Positions 36,862 through 45,870 of a DNA stretch of 64,000 nt are shown here, in pieces; position 1 is the stretch's first letter; each line of letters opens with the position of its first letter. The translations under genes and the position numbers were made by a program. Origin of the DNA: a virus (taxonomy: Duplodnaviria > Heunggongvirae > Uroviricota > Caudoviricetes); IMG/VR virus record IMGVR_UViG_3300033150_000619; one strand, 5' to 3'. The notes under the pieces were generated by a model. That model saw only the letters and a program-made list of their open reading frames with translations, was not told the origin of the DNA and searched no databases.

Positions 36862-38735
36862 GCGAAGTTACACCTATTACAGATATCTATCTCTCCGCGC
36901 CTGCCCTCTTTGTGCAGGGTACGTATCTCTATTGCTCTATCTGAGTTCCATATGTCTAATAGATCCTCTTTGTTGGCATCACCCAGTATTTCACTGCCCT
37001 CTAAGTCAAACCAACATAGAGCTACCTTACCACTGCTGAGTATACACATCTCTTTGAGCCCCTGGCATTCTCCATGTAGTATACGCCTTGGTCTAAGAAC
37101 TCCTCCATAATTAAAGCACATATTAGTCCTTGCCAACGGTCCCCACGTCTTCCTATAGTATTGACCATCAGCTATAGTATGATAATCTGCGTCTGCGACC
37201 ATAACTGTGTACAGCTCTAATAGCTTACGCCTTCTCTTTACAGTATCTATGAACTTTATTATATTATCTCTAACTGTGTAGTAATCTAAGCCCATTACCT
37301 CTGGGTATTTATCTGGAGTCGGGCCGGAAACATTGAAGCCTATTGTCCTAAGATGTTTTATATCCATTAGGAACTCTGTAGCATCTTCATCTAGAAGAGA
37401 CGCATTAGTTTCTATGTGTATATCTCCGGTAAGGTTATCATCTATGTAAGTGAGTCTATCCTTCCAGTTAGGATCACAGAACAGCTCTCCATGTAGATAA
37501 GGTTTGATCTTCTTAGGTTGCCACTCAGCACAGTCGTCTATAATATTAGTGAATAGATTCTTTGACATAGCCTTCTTCTTACGTTTCATATGTGGATATC
37601 CACAGTTCTTAGAGAATAAGCCAGAGGCTATATAATTCCCAGTAGTTGTAGTGATATTGTATACAGTCTGTGGACTATCATGTTTTATTATTCCCTTAAT
37701 CTTCACATATCCTTGTTGAGCCAATCCTATAAGATATTCACGCTTCCTACCCACAGACGGATTACAAACATTAAAGAAGTGAATAATAGCAGCCTGCCCC
37801 CCTCTGAGTCTAGCCCCGAGCTTATCTCTTACAAACTCAAGTCCGATATTATTCCCAATCCTGACTATTCTATCTAGGACATTGATATCTCTGTTAGATA
37901 TCTTGAGATACTGGCTATAGCTACCTTCTGCATCAAAGATACCAGATAGGTATCCTTTCTGGAAGTCTAATGATTCTTTTAATGGATCCTTTAGCATGAT
38001 ATCAGATATCTTCCGCACCTGTTTCTTACGGAATAAGGAGATTGCGCCAAGGGTGCTGTGATTTGGATTGTCAGGTACATACCAATTGGCGTTCCTCTTT
38101 ATACCGTCTATTCCTACATAAGCGGAGTAATTCTCAAATCTATTTAGTATCTCTTGATCTTTGACAGCCAATCTATAATCGCGTTCTCTGATGGTACCAT
38201 CACCCACAGAGATTCCACATAACCATCCTAGTTTAAAGTCGGTGTTATCATCGAACCATGATGGTGGCGATACCCCCTTAATAGATTGATCAATGCGAAA
38301 CAACCTAGTTTCTCTATATCCATGATATCTCTCAGCCCACTTATGGTCTGGGGTACAGACTGTAGTTCTATCTTCCATAATGAGAGATACAACTTCTGAT
38401 TCTCGACTGTGTATATCCGTAACTTCAGATATAACGTAGCTCCACAATCTGTGTTTGTTGTGTTGTTTCTTCTCAAGCCCTATTACTAGATCACCTATCT
38501 TTATATCCTGTATGGGTTTGTATGTTAGGTCTGCCATCAATATTGGCGTACCTTCACCATGACAGAAGAGACAGGAAGCATTACATTTATTTACTGTCTC
38601 TATCCTGATAGTGGACGGCTGTTCTCTCCATGTCTTAAGAATATCTGGGGTTAGAACTTCCGTTAGAGTAGCCTTGCCCTCATCTATATTTCCCTTAAGG
38701 TATTTCTCTAGTTCATTGATATTACTCATTTCCAT
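36858..38735 (-). CDS. Radical SAM protein with Twitch/SPASM-type C-terminus, intein inside the CxxxCxxC motif
   Basis: Spliced CNASCLF|CGYP, LHGE.F, IETNA. C-terminal C...G.V.LC..D....LG......DIWN...C.RC. Confidence 0.88.
   Translation of the reverse strand: MEMSNINELEKYLKGNIDEGKATLTEVLTPDILKTWREQPSTIRIETVNKCNASCLFCHGEGTPILMADLTYKPIQDIKIGDLVIGLEKKQHNKHRLWSYVISEVTDIHSRESEVVSLIMEDRTTVCTPDHKWAERYHGYRETRLFRIDQSIKGVSPPSWFDDNTDFKLGWLCGISVGDGTIRERDYRLAVKDQEILNRFENYSAYVGIDGIKRNANWYVPDNPNHSTLGAISLFRKKQVRKISDIMLKDPLKESLDFQKGYLSGIFDAEGSYSQYLKISNRDINVLDRIVRIGNNIGLEFVRDKLGARLRGGQAAIIHFFNVCNPSVGRKREYLIGLAQQGYVKIKGIIKHDSPQTVYNITTTTGNYIASGLFSKNCGYPHMKRKKKAMSKNLFTNIIDDCAEWQPKKIKPYLHGELFCDPNWKDRLTYIDDNLTGDIHIETNASLLDEDATEFLMDIKHLRTIGFNVSGPTPDKYPEVMGLDYYTVRDNIIKFIDTVKRRRKLLELYTVMVADADYHTIADGQYYRKTWGPLARTNMCFNYGGVLRPRRILHGECQGLKEMCILSSGKVALCWFDLEGSEILGDANKEDLLDIWNSDRAIEIRTLHKEGRRGEIDICNRCNFA
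37605..38564 (-). mobile_element. Intein (320 aa), LAGLIDADG motifs intact
   Basis: Starts CHGEGT, CTPDHK, SVGDG and FDAEG motifs, ends FSKN followed by Cys. Confidence 0.9.
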
Positions 38736-39429
38736 CCTTATCCTTGAAGTAGTCCCCTAATAGGGTTACTTCTCCTTCATTTCTGTCACCGGTTACCATG
38801 AATGTACCTATGTGATCGAACCTGACACCACCGTGTGCTATAAGATTATAGCCATGCTCCTTACACTTGAGGAAGAAGTAGAAGTCTTCTGAGTAGGTAT
38901 CCATCCCTTCCCACTTGAACCATGGTTGAGGTACATTACGGAGAACATCGGTGTGGATAAGAGTACATCCTAAACCGGCTACATCTATGGGGAATATAGG
39001 ATTATCAAAGTTGACTAGTGGTTGTAATCCCTCTAAGTCCTTGTTAACATCAGTCCACGCAGCCCAATGCCATCCATATCTTTTCTTAGCTCTATATAGC
39101 CCGGTGACTAATGGCGCCTGTAGACTCCATAGTTTGTAGAGTGCTAAGTTAATATCTTCTGGCTCACGTGGAACTACATCTGAGTCCAAGAAGAATACAT
39201 AGTCCATATTATCATTTAGTGCCTGCTGACACAGTTCGTTTCTAGCGATGTCAATTGGAGGTCCAAAGGATAGGTATGGCTTCTTATCGCACCAGGACAG
39301 TGGTCTAAATCTAAGAGGACCATAGGCTCTCTCTGTCCAATACATAGTGACGTTGTGGGTATGAGGTACGCAGATTGCTATCCTAGGCTTCGCTCTTTGT
39401 ACTATTTCTTCGTCTACATTCCAAGCCAT
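38722..39429 (-). CDS. GT-A fold (GT2-like) glycosyltransferase, intein-free paralog
   Basis: IAICVPH, DIARNEL, FLDSD, VTGLY, DVAGLGCTLI, SEDFYF. Confidence 0.85.
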   Translation of the reverse strand: MAWNVDEEIVQRAKPRIAICVPHTHNVTMYWTERAYGPLRFRPLSWCDKKPYLSFGPPIDIARNELCQQALNDNMDYVFFLDSDVVPREPEDINLALYKLWSLQAPLVTGLYRAKKRYGWHWAAWTDVNKDLEGLQPLVNFDNPIFPIDVAGLGCTLIHTDVLRNVPQPWFKWEGMDTYSEDFYFFLKCKEHGYNLIAHGGVRFDHIGTFMVTGDRNEGEVTLLGDYFKDKDGNE

Positions 39430-39463
39430 GTGCTTAGATCTAAGTCTAAGGGATATAAAGAGA

Positions 39464-40306
39464 TTATCCGAAGGTGAATGCTATATCTGTCTGGACATAC
39501 ATAGGCTTTCCTGCACCCATGTCGTTGTTTATACTAAACGGTCCAGAGGAATCTCCATCGTTCTGAAGATGAGACCACTCGTGTATGACGTGCTTAGCAC
39601 CGGCGGTTGACGTAAGTACTCTAATGTAGTAGATGGCTTCACCATTAGCTATAGACCAATTCTCTCCTGACAACAGTAGATATGCTTGATTATTCCCCGT
39701 ATCGTTGGAAACGCTGACTGATATAGGATAATTGGAGTACTTAGCAGCTGCATGGTTTTCCATCTCTAGAGAACCCATAGGGTAACAGAATCCACCAGTA
39801 GCTTTATTCATTAGCAGTGCAGCCACTACACTATCTCCGTTTACAGCTGGATAAGCACCACCTTCATCACCTAACCCATTGAAGGTGTACTCTATAAAGA
39901 ACCTTATACTCTGACCAGATCCGATAGTTATGTTTGTTGTTACATAATGATAATATGAGTTAATGCTGTCATTGCTCTGTGAGCCCTCGAGCCGTAGGTA
40001 TATACCTGCTGTTGTAAACTCATCAGTTTGAGCAGTAATTAATCCCTCTGCTCCGGTACTGTCCCATGATACGACTGTGGCATCAGAATATAGGTAGGTG
40101 GGACCAGATAACATAACTCTATATCTATCAATCTTACCGGCAGCAGAAGTAACAGAACCAGCTAACATCTGAGCTAGTCTTAGCTTACCCAGCTGAGTAA
40201 ATGAGTGTCCTTGTACATGTCCAGTACTAACTACTTCATCTCCATCATAGACATTGTAATAGAGCTTTTCATGGATGTCTACATGTTTACGACGCGTCAA
40301 AGTCAA
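39464..40306 (-). CDS. Virion structural protein (tail-associated)
   Basis: Beta-rich. N-terminus (IHEKL...VYDG..V......FTQ.G) resembles 40287..40784 and 928..1383. Confidence 0.55.
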   Translation of the reverse strand: MTLTRRKHVDIHEKLYYNVYDGDEVVSTGHVQGHSFTQLGKLRLAQMLAGSVTSAAGKIDRYRVMLSGPTYLYSDATVVSWDSTGAEGLITAQTDEFTTAGIYLRLEGSQSNDSINSYYHYVTTNITIGSGQSIRFFIEYTFNGLGDEGGAYPAVNGDSVVAALLMNKATGGFCYPMGSLEMENHAAAKYSNYPISVSVSNDTGNNQAYLLLSGENWSIANGEAIYYIRVLTSTAGAKHVIHEWSHLQNDGDSSGPFSINNDMGAGKPMYVQTDIAFTFG

Positions 40307-40784
40307 ATTCTATCTCCGCCCATAGGCTATCTCCTAAACTCTTCAATACTATGTCAACTCCGTCTATATAACTTACTATAACGTTGGTGCTATTATTAGT
40401 GGCAGTACCGATGGTATCATAGACTGATGTGGGTCCACCACCCCATGTATAGTTTGGATTACGGACATATGCCTTATCTCCTGTTACAGAAACATCTGCT
40501 GATCTAAACTGCCACGTTCCCACTGCTGTTGGATAGGGTGTGCTTGAAGACAGTCTAACTGCTATCCATGTAACGGGGTCCTGTGTTACACCAACCCATC
40601 TTTTAGCAACTGCATTCAAACCGGAGTTGTTAACTGTATTATGTCTCTTAAGTATACCTAGTCTAGAAGCTATCTTCTCCAACGGAGTTGAGGGAGGTTT
40701 GAATTCTCTAGTATCGACTACGTTACCGTCTTCGTCTAGAATATGAACAATGAGCTTCTCCTTGATCTTTACCCTTTGCTCCAT
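40287..40784 (-). CDS. Small tail-associated structural protein
   Basis: IKEKL.VHILDEDGNV...HNTV.N.G....A..W.G...WIAV, paralogous to 928..1383. Confidence 0.65.
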   Translation of the reverse strand: MEQRVKIKEKLIVHILDEDGNVVDTREFKPPSTPLEKIASRLGILKRHNTVNNSGLNAVAKRWVGVTQDPVTWIAVRLSSSTPYPTAVGTWQFRSADVSVTGDKAYVRNPNYTWGGGPTSVYDTIGTATNNSTNVIVSYIDGVDIVLKSLGDSLWAEIEFDFDAS

Positions 40785-40825
40785 TTATCTCTCTCCCTAC
40801 TTATATTATCTTACAGCCTGCTTAT

Positions 40826-41332
40826 CTAATTTGCCCATAGATACGATATAACATTGTACAGAGTTACAGTCGTACTATTTACATCTGACTTAACTTGTAT
40901 CAAGTATTCTGTGTTTCCTGAGGGGAATGTTATGAATAGATCTGAGTCTAGTGTGGTATTCAAGTCACCAGAAGTAAAGTATTGATATGCAGTTCCAATA
41001 GAGTTAGTCTTCCCAGATACTGTTACTATTCTTAGGTCGCAGTTTGGGTTACTAGCAGCAGTAGCCTTCCATCTAATTGAGGTAGTAGCTTTATTTATAC
41101 TGAGGAATCTTGCCCCTGGTATATAGAATCTCATTGGGTTACCTGCATCATTAGATGGATACCACGTACCGGCAGTCGTACATGTTATGTCGAATCCCCC
41201 AGGTTCAGCTACCCATGTAATAGTCTGCAACGAAGGCTTCCCACTTACATCATGATCAGCATTCCATTTAGTTGAAGTAATCAGATCTCCTGATGTAGCC
41301 GTTGTTGAATGTTTTACCGGCATTATTCTCAC
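40826..41332 (-). CDS. Fibre-associated structural protein
   Basis: GD.IT.T.WNADH N-terminal motif common in phage fibre proteins, followed by a beta-rich body. Confidence 0.6.
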   Translation of the reverse strand: MRIMPVKHSTTATSGDLITSTKWNADHDVSGKPSLQTITWVAEPGGFDITCTTAGTWYPSNDAGNPMRFYIPGARFLSINKATTSIRWKATAASNPNCDLRIVTVSGKTNSIGTAYQYFTSGDLNTTLDSDLFITFPSGNTEYLIQVKSDVNSTTVTLYNVISYLWAN

Positions 41333-41358
41333 TGTAATAAGGATACATTAAGTAGGAT

Positions 41359-43131
41359 TTAAATCTGGGGTGGACGAAAGGCAGGTATTATGCCGGGTAG
41401 TATCTTAAACGTCCCTATATGGGAACACTTTATTGTAGTATCTACTATGACCTTGTACTTACCTTCAGCCTTAGCCTTGAGTAGGAAATAGAAGTCCTCA
41501 CTATTATGTACCGTAATTCCATTAAGGACATAACTTCCACTTGAAGGAACATTAAGATCATAGACCTTTCCACTGTAAGGAATAATGTCTATGTTATTGA
41601 TTCTAAACCAGTATTTATTATCATAGATAAATGGTATACTCCCTTCCCATTTAGTATTCTTTGGTTTGATATCTATACCTAGCAGATTGGATAACATGTA
41701 AGAACTCCTACATAGTTTAGTTCTATAAATATCATTACCCGCTCCAAAGGCACCCGACGGTTGCTTATATACAGAGATTCGTGGCATATATCCCATTTTC
41801 AATAGTAGTGAGAATGATTGTATAGCTAAGTTACGGGATGCAGTTGTTACTACTAACTCAGGATATCCATCTCCTGTGTACGCTAAGCGTCCATCACCAT
41901 GCCATAATCCTTTGTAGGTTTGTTCAGCCATAATCTTAGAACCAGTTAATATCCAACCAGGTAATTTCTTATTAGACGCATCTGTATTAAACCAGCTACT
42001 AAACACTATAGATAATGGCTTGTTGTGTATTACTACTGTTGTAGAATGGTCTCTATAATTAATACTGGGTTCCAAGCTCAGGGTGTCTAATATTATATTA
42101 GAAGTAGTATTAGCCAGTTGTTGTTCTTTCTCACTTATACCAAAGGAGAATCTAATTCTACCACGTTTTGGTTCCGAGCTTCCTTTAGCCGCATACAACC
42201 CAAGAAGATACATAAGGTCGTTTGATATCTCTAGTTCAGTATTTATCGTAGACTTCCTTGATCTAAAGAATAGTTTATCTCCTTCTTTCCGAAGTAAAGG
42301 AGAGTATAATGACACTCTATTGATATCCTTAGATGCCAATATTGGAGAAGAGATAAAGTCACCCTTAGTTAATCTACCTGCTCTCAACCACACCGGGGTA
42401 AAGTCTTGTAGTGTCAGTATCCTATGGTTGGGAGTTGTTTCTATTGGTATCTTCATTATACTTGGTGTGATACGTATGATGTTCCCATCATAGTTAAATG
42501 AGTAATTGTGTTGTACATGAGATAAGAAACCATTACCATCAATTATCTTATGACCTGTGGCTACATCTTCTATATTATTTCCCATGAGTAATGAATGTCC
42601 AGGTGGAATGCACGGAGCATACTTAATATCCCATCTGAACCAGGGTCTCTCTATCTTGTCAAAGACTTCTGTCTTAACTAAACAACAACCAAGTCCAGTA
42701 ACATCGACTTCCACGAGATCAGCAGTCCATTTCCTAATGTTCCTAAATCCTGTTTCTTTATCCTTGAAAGTCCACATAGCCCAGGGATTACCTATCTTCT
42801 TAGTTCTATACAGTCCAGATACTATTGGAAGGTCACGCTTGTACAGCTTATACAGTAGCTTATTGATATCCCCTGGTATCTCTGCTATAATATCACTGTC
42901 TACATAGAAGATATAGTCTGCTCCCCATTCTAATGCTTGGGCAGTAACGTCTTCTCTGGCTATATCTATTGGTGGTCCTCTACAAAGGAATGGATGTTTG
43001 ATACACCATGTAGACTTTGTAAATATTAGAGGTCCCCATGTATTATGTGCCCACTCCATGTTTACTGTGCCTGTATGAGGAACGCACACAGCTATCTTAG
43101 GTAGGGTATCTCTATTTATATCCCATGCCAT
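41359..43131 (-). CDS. GT-A fold (GT2-like) glycosyltransferase with intein
   Basis: IAVCVPH, DIARE, YVDSD, VSGLY, DVTGLGCCLV, spliced KYAP|SEDFYF. Confidence 0.88.
   Translation of the reverse strand: MAWDINRDTLPKIAVCVPHTGTVNMEWAHNTWGPLIFTKSTWCIKHPFLCRGPPIDIAREDVTAQALEWGADYIFYVDSDIIAEIPGDINKLLYKLYKRDLPIVSGLYRTKKIGNPWAMWTFKDKETGFRNIRKWTADLVEVDVTGLGCCLVKTEVFDKIERPWFRWDIKYAPCIPPGHSLLMGNNIEDVATGHKIIDGNGFLSHVQHNYSFNYDGNIIRITPSIMKIPIETTPNHRILTLQDFTPVWLRAGRLTKGDFISSPILASKDINRVSLYSPLLRKEGDKLFFRSRKSTINTELEISNDLMYLLGLYAAKGSSEPKRGRIRFSFGISEKEQQLANTTSNIILDTLSLEPSINYRDHSTTVVIHNKPLSIVFSSWFNTDASNKKLPGWILTGSKIMAEQTYKGLWHGDGRLAYTGDGYPELVVTTASRNLAIQSFSLLLKMGYMPRISVYKQPSGAFGAGNDIYRTKLCRSSYMLSNLLGIDIKPKNTKWEGSIPFIYDNKYWFRINNIDIIPYSGKVYDLNVPSSGSYVLNGITVHNSEDFYFLLKAKAEGKYKVIVDTTIKCSHIGTFKILPGIIPAFRPPQI
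41503..42612 (-). mobile_element. Intein (370 aa); first LAGLIDADG acidic residue replaced by Lys
   Basis: Starts CIPPGH, TTPNHR, ends ITVHN followed by Ser. YAAKG (AAA at 42184-42186). WHGDG intact. Confidence 0.9.
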
Positions 43132-43188
43132 TGTATTCCATGATCCTCTGTATTGACTCGAGATAAAGAAAGGGAGGATATAAGTCTA

Positions 43189-43389
43189 CTACTGTGGTGT
43201 CTTCTGCCTATCATAGTAGTATTTCAGTATGAGAGCAGTTGGACTACCTAGAGCTACTACTATCTCCCTAAACAGCTCTATATTGAATGTATAGACTGTC
43301 CACGCTAACATCCCAAAGAATGATAATATCCACGTAAGAGCTAGCAGACCTGTCCAATCCCTCTCAGCAATAAATGATGCTAATCCCAT
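43189..43389 (-). CDS. Small two-TM membrane protein (holin-like)
   Basis: Two hydrophobic segments and a basic C-terminus. Confidence 0.55.
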   Translation of the reverse strand: MGLASFIAERDWTGLLALTWILSFFGMLAWTVYTFNIELFREIVVALGSPTALILKYYYDRQKTPQ

Positions 43390-43393
43390 GCCG

Positions 43394-43693
43394 TTACCAA
43401 GTAAATGGTGTTAGTAGGTAATCTATAAACCTCTTGTATCCTCTGACATTACGCATAGCTGTATTCCTATGGATATAGACTTCATAGTCCTTCCAGGTGA
43501 AGGCTACATATGTTAGGTAAATAATGATAAAGCCTATGTACCCATGGTGTAGGAATGGCTTAGTACCGCTCCACCATAGACTTTGTTCTAATCCATATTC
43601 TACTAAAGTGTAGAGATACTCATAATACTGATAGAGTGCAGCCCAGTACCCTGCATTAAATATAGAATGCAACCACAGTCTCATACTGATCAT
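43394..43693 (-). CDS. Membrane protein
   Basis: Aromatic/hydrophobic segments (HGYIGFIIIYLTYVAF). Confidence 0.55.
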   Translation of the reverse strand: MISMRLWLHSIFNAGYWAALYQYYEYLYTLVEYGLEQSLWWSGTKPFLHHGYIGFIIIYLTYVAFTWKDYEVYIHRNTAMRNVRGYKRFIDYLLTPFTW

Positions 43694-43705
43694 GAGTAAA
43701 GTAGG

Positions 43706-44716
43706 TTATATTAGAACTTCTACCTGAAGTTGTTCCTCTATGTTCTTCCACTTACAGACAACGCTGGTAGTATCAGAACCAGCAAAGAGATTACCTATGT
43801 ACATCCTATCTTCTTTAGTGTAGGTAAGGGAGCTAGAGTCTCCACCCTGAGAGAACTTATTCCCAGAGATTAGATAACAGTCTGTGAAGATTACAGTGCC
43901 CCTGCTATATCTAACTCTGCCTGTCCAGTCAGTGTCTATAATGAGCCCGTCAGTAGTTAGTCCAGTAGTCCTACCAAACTTCTCTACCCTCTCTCCTTCT
44001 ATAGCCTCTTTCTTACCTAACATAGGTCCAACTGTATGGACTTCGTTGTTGTATGGTATATCATCTTCTAGTTTAACAAAGGCTATGTCTACCTTGTTAT
44101 CCATAGTCTGTGTTGGAACTACTACCCTCCATAGTTTCTTAGCAAAGTTCCTGAAGGGACAGACATATCCATTAAAGACTATAGGAACATATCTCCATAA
44201 CCTTCCTACAAGGTCATCTGGCATAGACCCTCCATCATAGGGTGATGGTTGGATATATGCAGTACCCTTGGTTGCCTTGTTTTCGTGAGCCGCGCAATGA
44301 TTGTTGGCAAGTATACCTACGAACTCAGGCTCTCCTTCTTTCTTGTTGATGGCGAATCCACCCATTGTACACGCCGTAGATCCCTCCCACACACCCATAG
44401 CACTAGGTCCGATTACCAAAGGGCGGTGTCTATCCTGTCTACCGTCATCTGGTTGTGCTTTAATCTCTCCTATTTCGATGATGTCAACATCATAGTTATC
44501 CTGACCGTTAGTAATGATCTGCGGAACTACGTCTTGTGTACTAAGTTCTGATAGAGGTACCTTCCTAGACACATAGACTCTAATGACTCTCTTACCGTCA
44601 ACTACTTTGCCGTTCTTGATCTTTGGTTTTAGAGACTGAGAATATCCAACCACATTTGGTTTGTCTTTGATCTCCTTCCATACCTTATCAGTAGTTTTCT
44701 TATCTAGTTTATCCAT
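43706..44716 (-). CDS. Trypsin-fold (S1, Nal1-like) serine protease
   Basis: Triad His (NNHC), Asp (VDIA), Ser (GGDSSS). Also CT.GG and K.GRTTGLT motifs and an N-terminal pro-domain. No signal peptide seen. Confidence 0.85.
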   Translation of the reverse strand: MDKLDKKTTDKVWKEIKDKPNVVGYSQSLKPKIKNGKVVDGKRVIRVYVSRKVPLSELSTQDVVPQIITNGQDNYDVDIIEIGEIKAQPDDGRQDRHRPLVIGPSAMGVWEGSTACTMGGFAINKKEGEPEFVGILANNHCAAHENKATKGTAYIQPSPYDGGSMPDDLVGRLWRYVPIVFNGYVCPFRNFAKKLWRVVVPTQTMDNKVDIAFVKLEDDIPYNNEVHTVGPMLGKKEAIEGERVEKFGRTTGLTTDGLIIDTDWTGRVRYSRGTVIFTDCYLISGNKFSQGGDSSSLTYTKEDRMYIGNLFAGSDTTSVVCKWKNIEEQLQVEVLI

Positions 44717-44755
44717 TGCTATCGATAATTACAAGGGCAGGCTATAAAGATAAAG

Positions 44756-45022
44756 CTATTCTATATTATCTCTAATAGACTGCCATACATGATAGAGCCC
44801 GACAGTGGCCAGTATTCTTATGACATCTACCATCCATGCGTAGCAACTACATGTTCTATCAATGACATTCATCGCTATTCCTAAACCCAGCAGTATTGAG
44901 ATGGCTGTACTCAGGACCAGGGCTAATACACCTACATGCCTTACTCGATTGAATGTAAGGTACCCGAAAAATAAGCCTAGGATATTAGCAATGAGTCGTA
45001 GCACTAGATGTACGTCTAGCAC
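44756..45022 (-). CDS. Three-TM membrane protein
   Basis: Three hydrophobic segments in 88 aa. Confidence 0.6.
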   Translation of the reverse strand: MLDVHLVLRLIANILGLFFGYLTFNRVRHVGVLALVLSTAISILLGLGIAMNVIDRTCSCYAWMVDVIRILATVGLYHVWQSIRDNIE

Positions 45023-45025
45023 GAA

Positions 45026-45463
45026 TCATCTCCTCGTAGCCCTATACTTTACTACGGCTCGGTATAAGGCTATAGCCATCGCCCTACCAGAATCTTCTGT
45101 GTTAATAGCTGACTGATATTCATCATCTAGCATAGTCTCCAAGTCTACCTTCTCCTTATCACCGAGGTAGTCTACACCAAATAGACCTGCCTTCTCTAAG
45201 AGAATATCTAACTTAGGTGTATCGACCTGTACAAGTAACTTAGGGAACTCCCTCTCTACAATAGTCCACCATAAATCTATCTTTGTTTTTAATTCATAGA
45301 GACATTGTCTGTCTTCTGGTCTAAATTGATTCTGTTCTAACTTAGTAAGTCTGTTCTCCTGACTCTTAATCTTCTTTAAGGACTTATCACTGCGAATTAG
45401 ATACAGAGATAGAAGGGATATACATGTACCTATTATACCAAGAGCTAGCTCTACTGTGATCAC
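45026..45463 (-). CDS. N-terminal TM plus coiled-coil protein
   Basis: LALGIIGTCISLLSLYL followed by heptads. Confidence 0.6.
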   Translation of the reverse strand: MITVELALGIIGTCISLLSLYLIRSDKSLKKIKSQENRLTKLEQNQFRPEDRQCLYELKTKIDLWWTIVEREFPKLLVQVDTPKLDILLEKAGLFGVDYLGDKEKVDLETMLDDEYQSAINTEDSGRAMAIALYRAVVKYRATRR

Positions 45464-45519
45464 GTATCTCTCCCATAATAGTATACCTTAGTAGTAACCT
45501 ATAATCCTTTTCTGGGTAA

Positions 45520-45870
45520 TTACTGTGGGACTACGTATGATGTCTTCTTATCTATACAGTAATTGGAAGTACCATTACGCATACAACAAGAACAGCATAT
45601 TCCTTCAGAGTGTAATGGACACGGTACTGCATCTTTAGGTAGAAGTAAGATATAATTCTGGTGACATAGCTTACATCTGAACACTTCATACATTGCTAGG
45701 TTCAGCTTCACTGTGGCTCCACTGGGATGTTTTATACGTAGTTCATCTTGGGGCTTAGTATATCCAAACTTATCAATGACAGCCTGTGGAAGACGAGCAT
45801 CCTTTCCAACTCTTATGGCTCTAATCTTAGTGTTTGACACCGAGTCCCCTTTTGTACTTTCTTCTGGCAA
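45520..45870 (-). CDS. Cys-rich Zn-finger-like protein
   Basis: CKLC, CPLH, CCSCC, YC. Annotated start overlaps the terminase end by 44 nt. Confidence 0.55.
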   Translation of the reverse strand: MPEESTKGDSVSNTKIRAIRVGKDARLPQAVIDKFGYTKPQDELRIKHPSGATVKLNLAMYEVFRCKLCHQNYILLLPKDAVPCPLHSEGICCSCCMRNGTSNYCIDKKTSYVVPQ

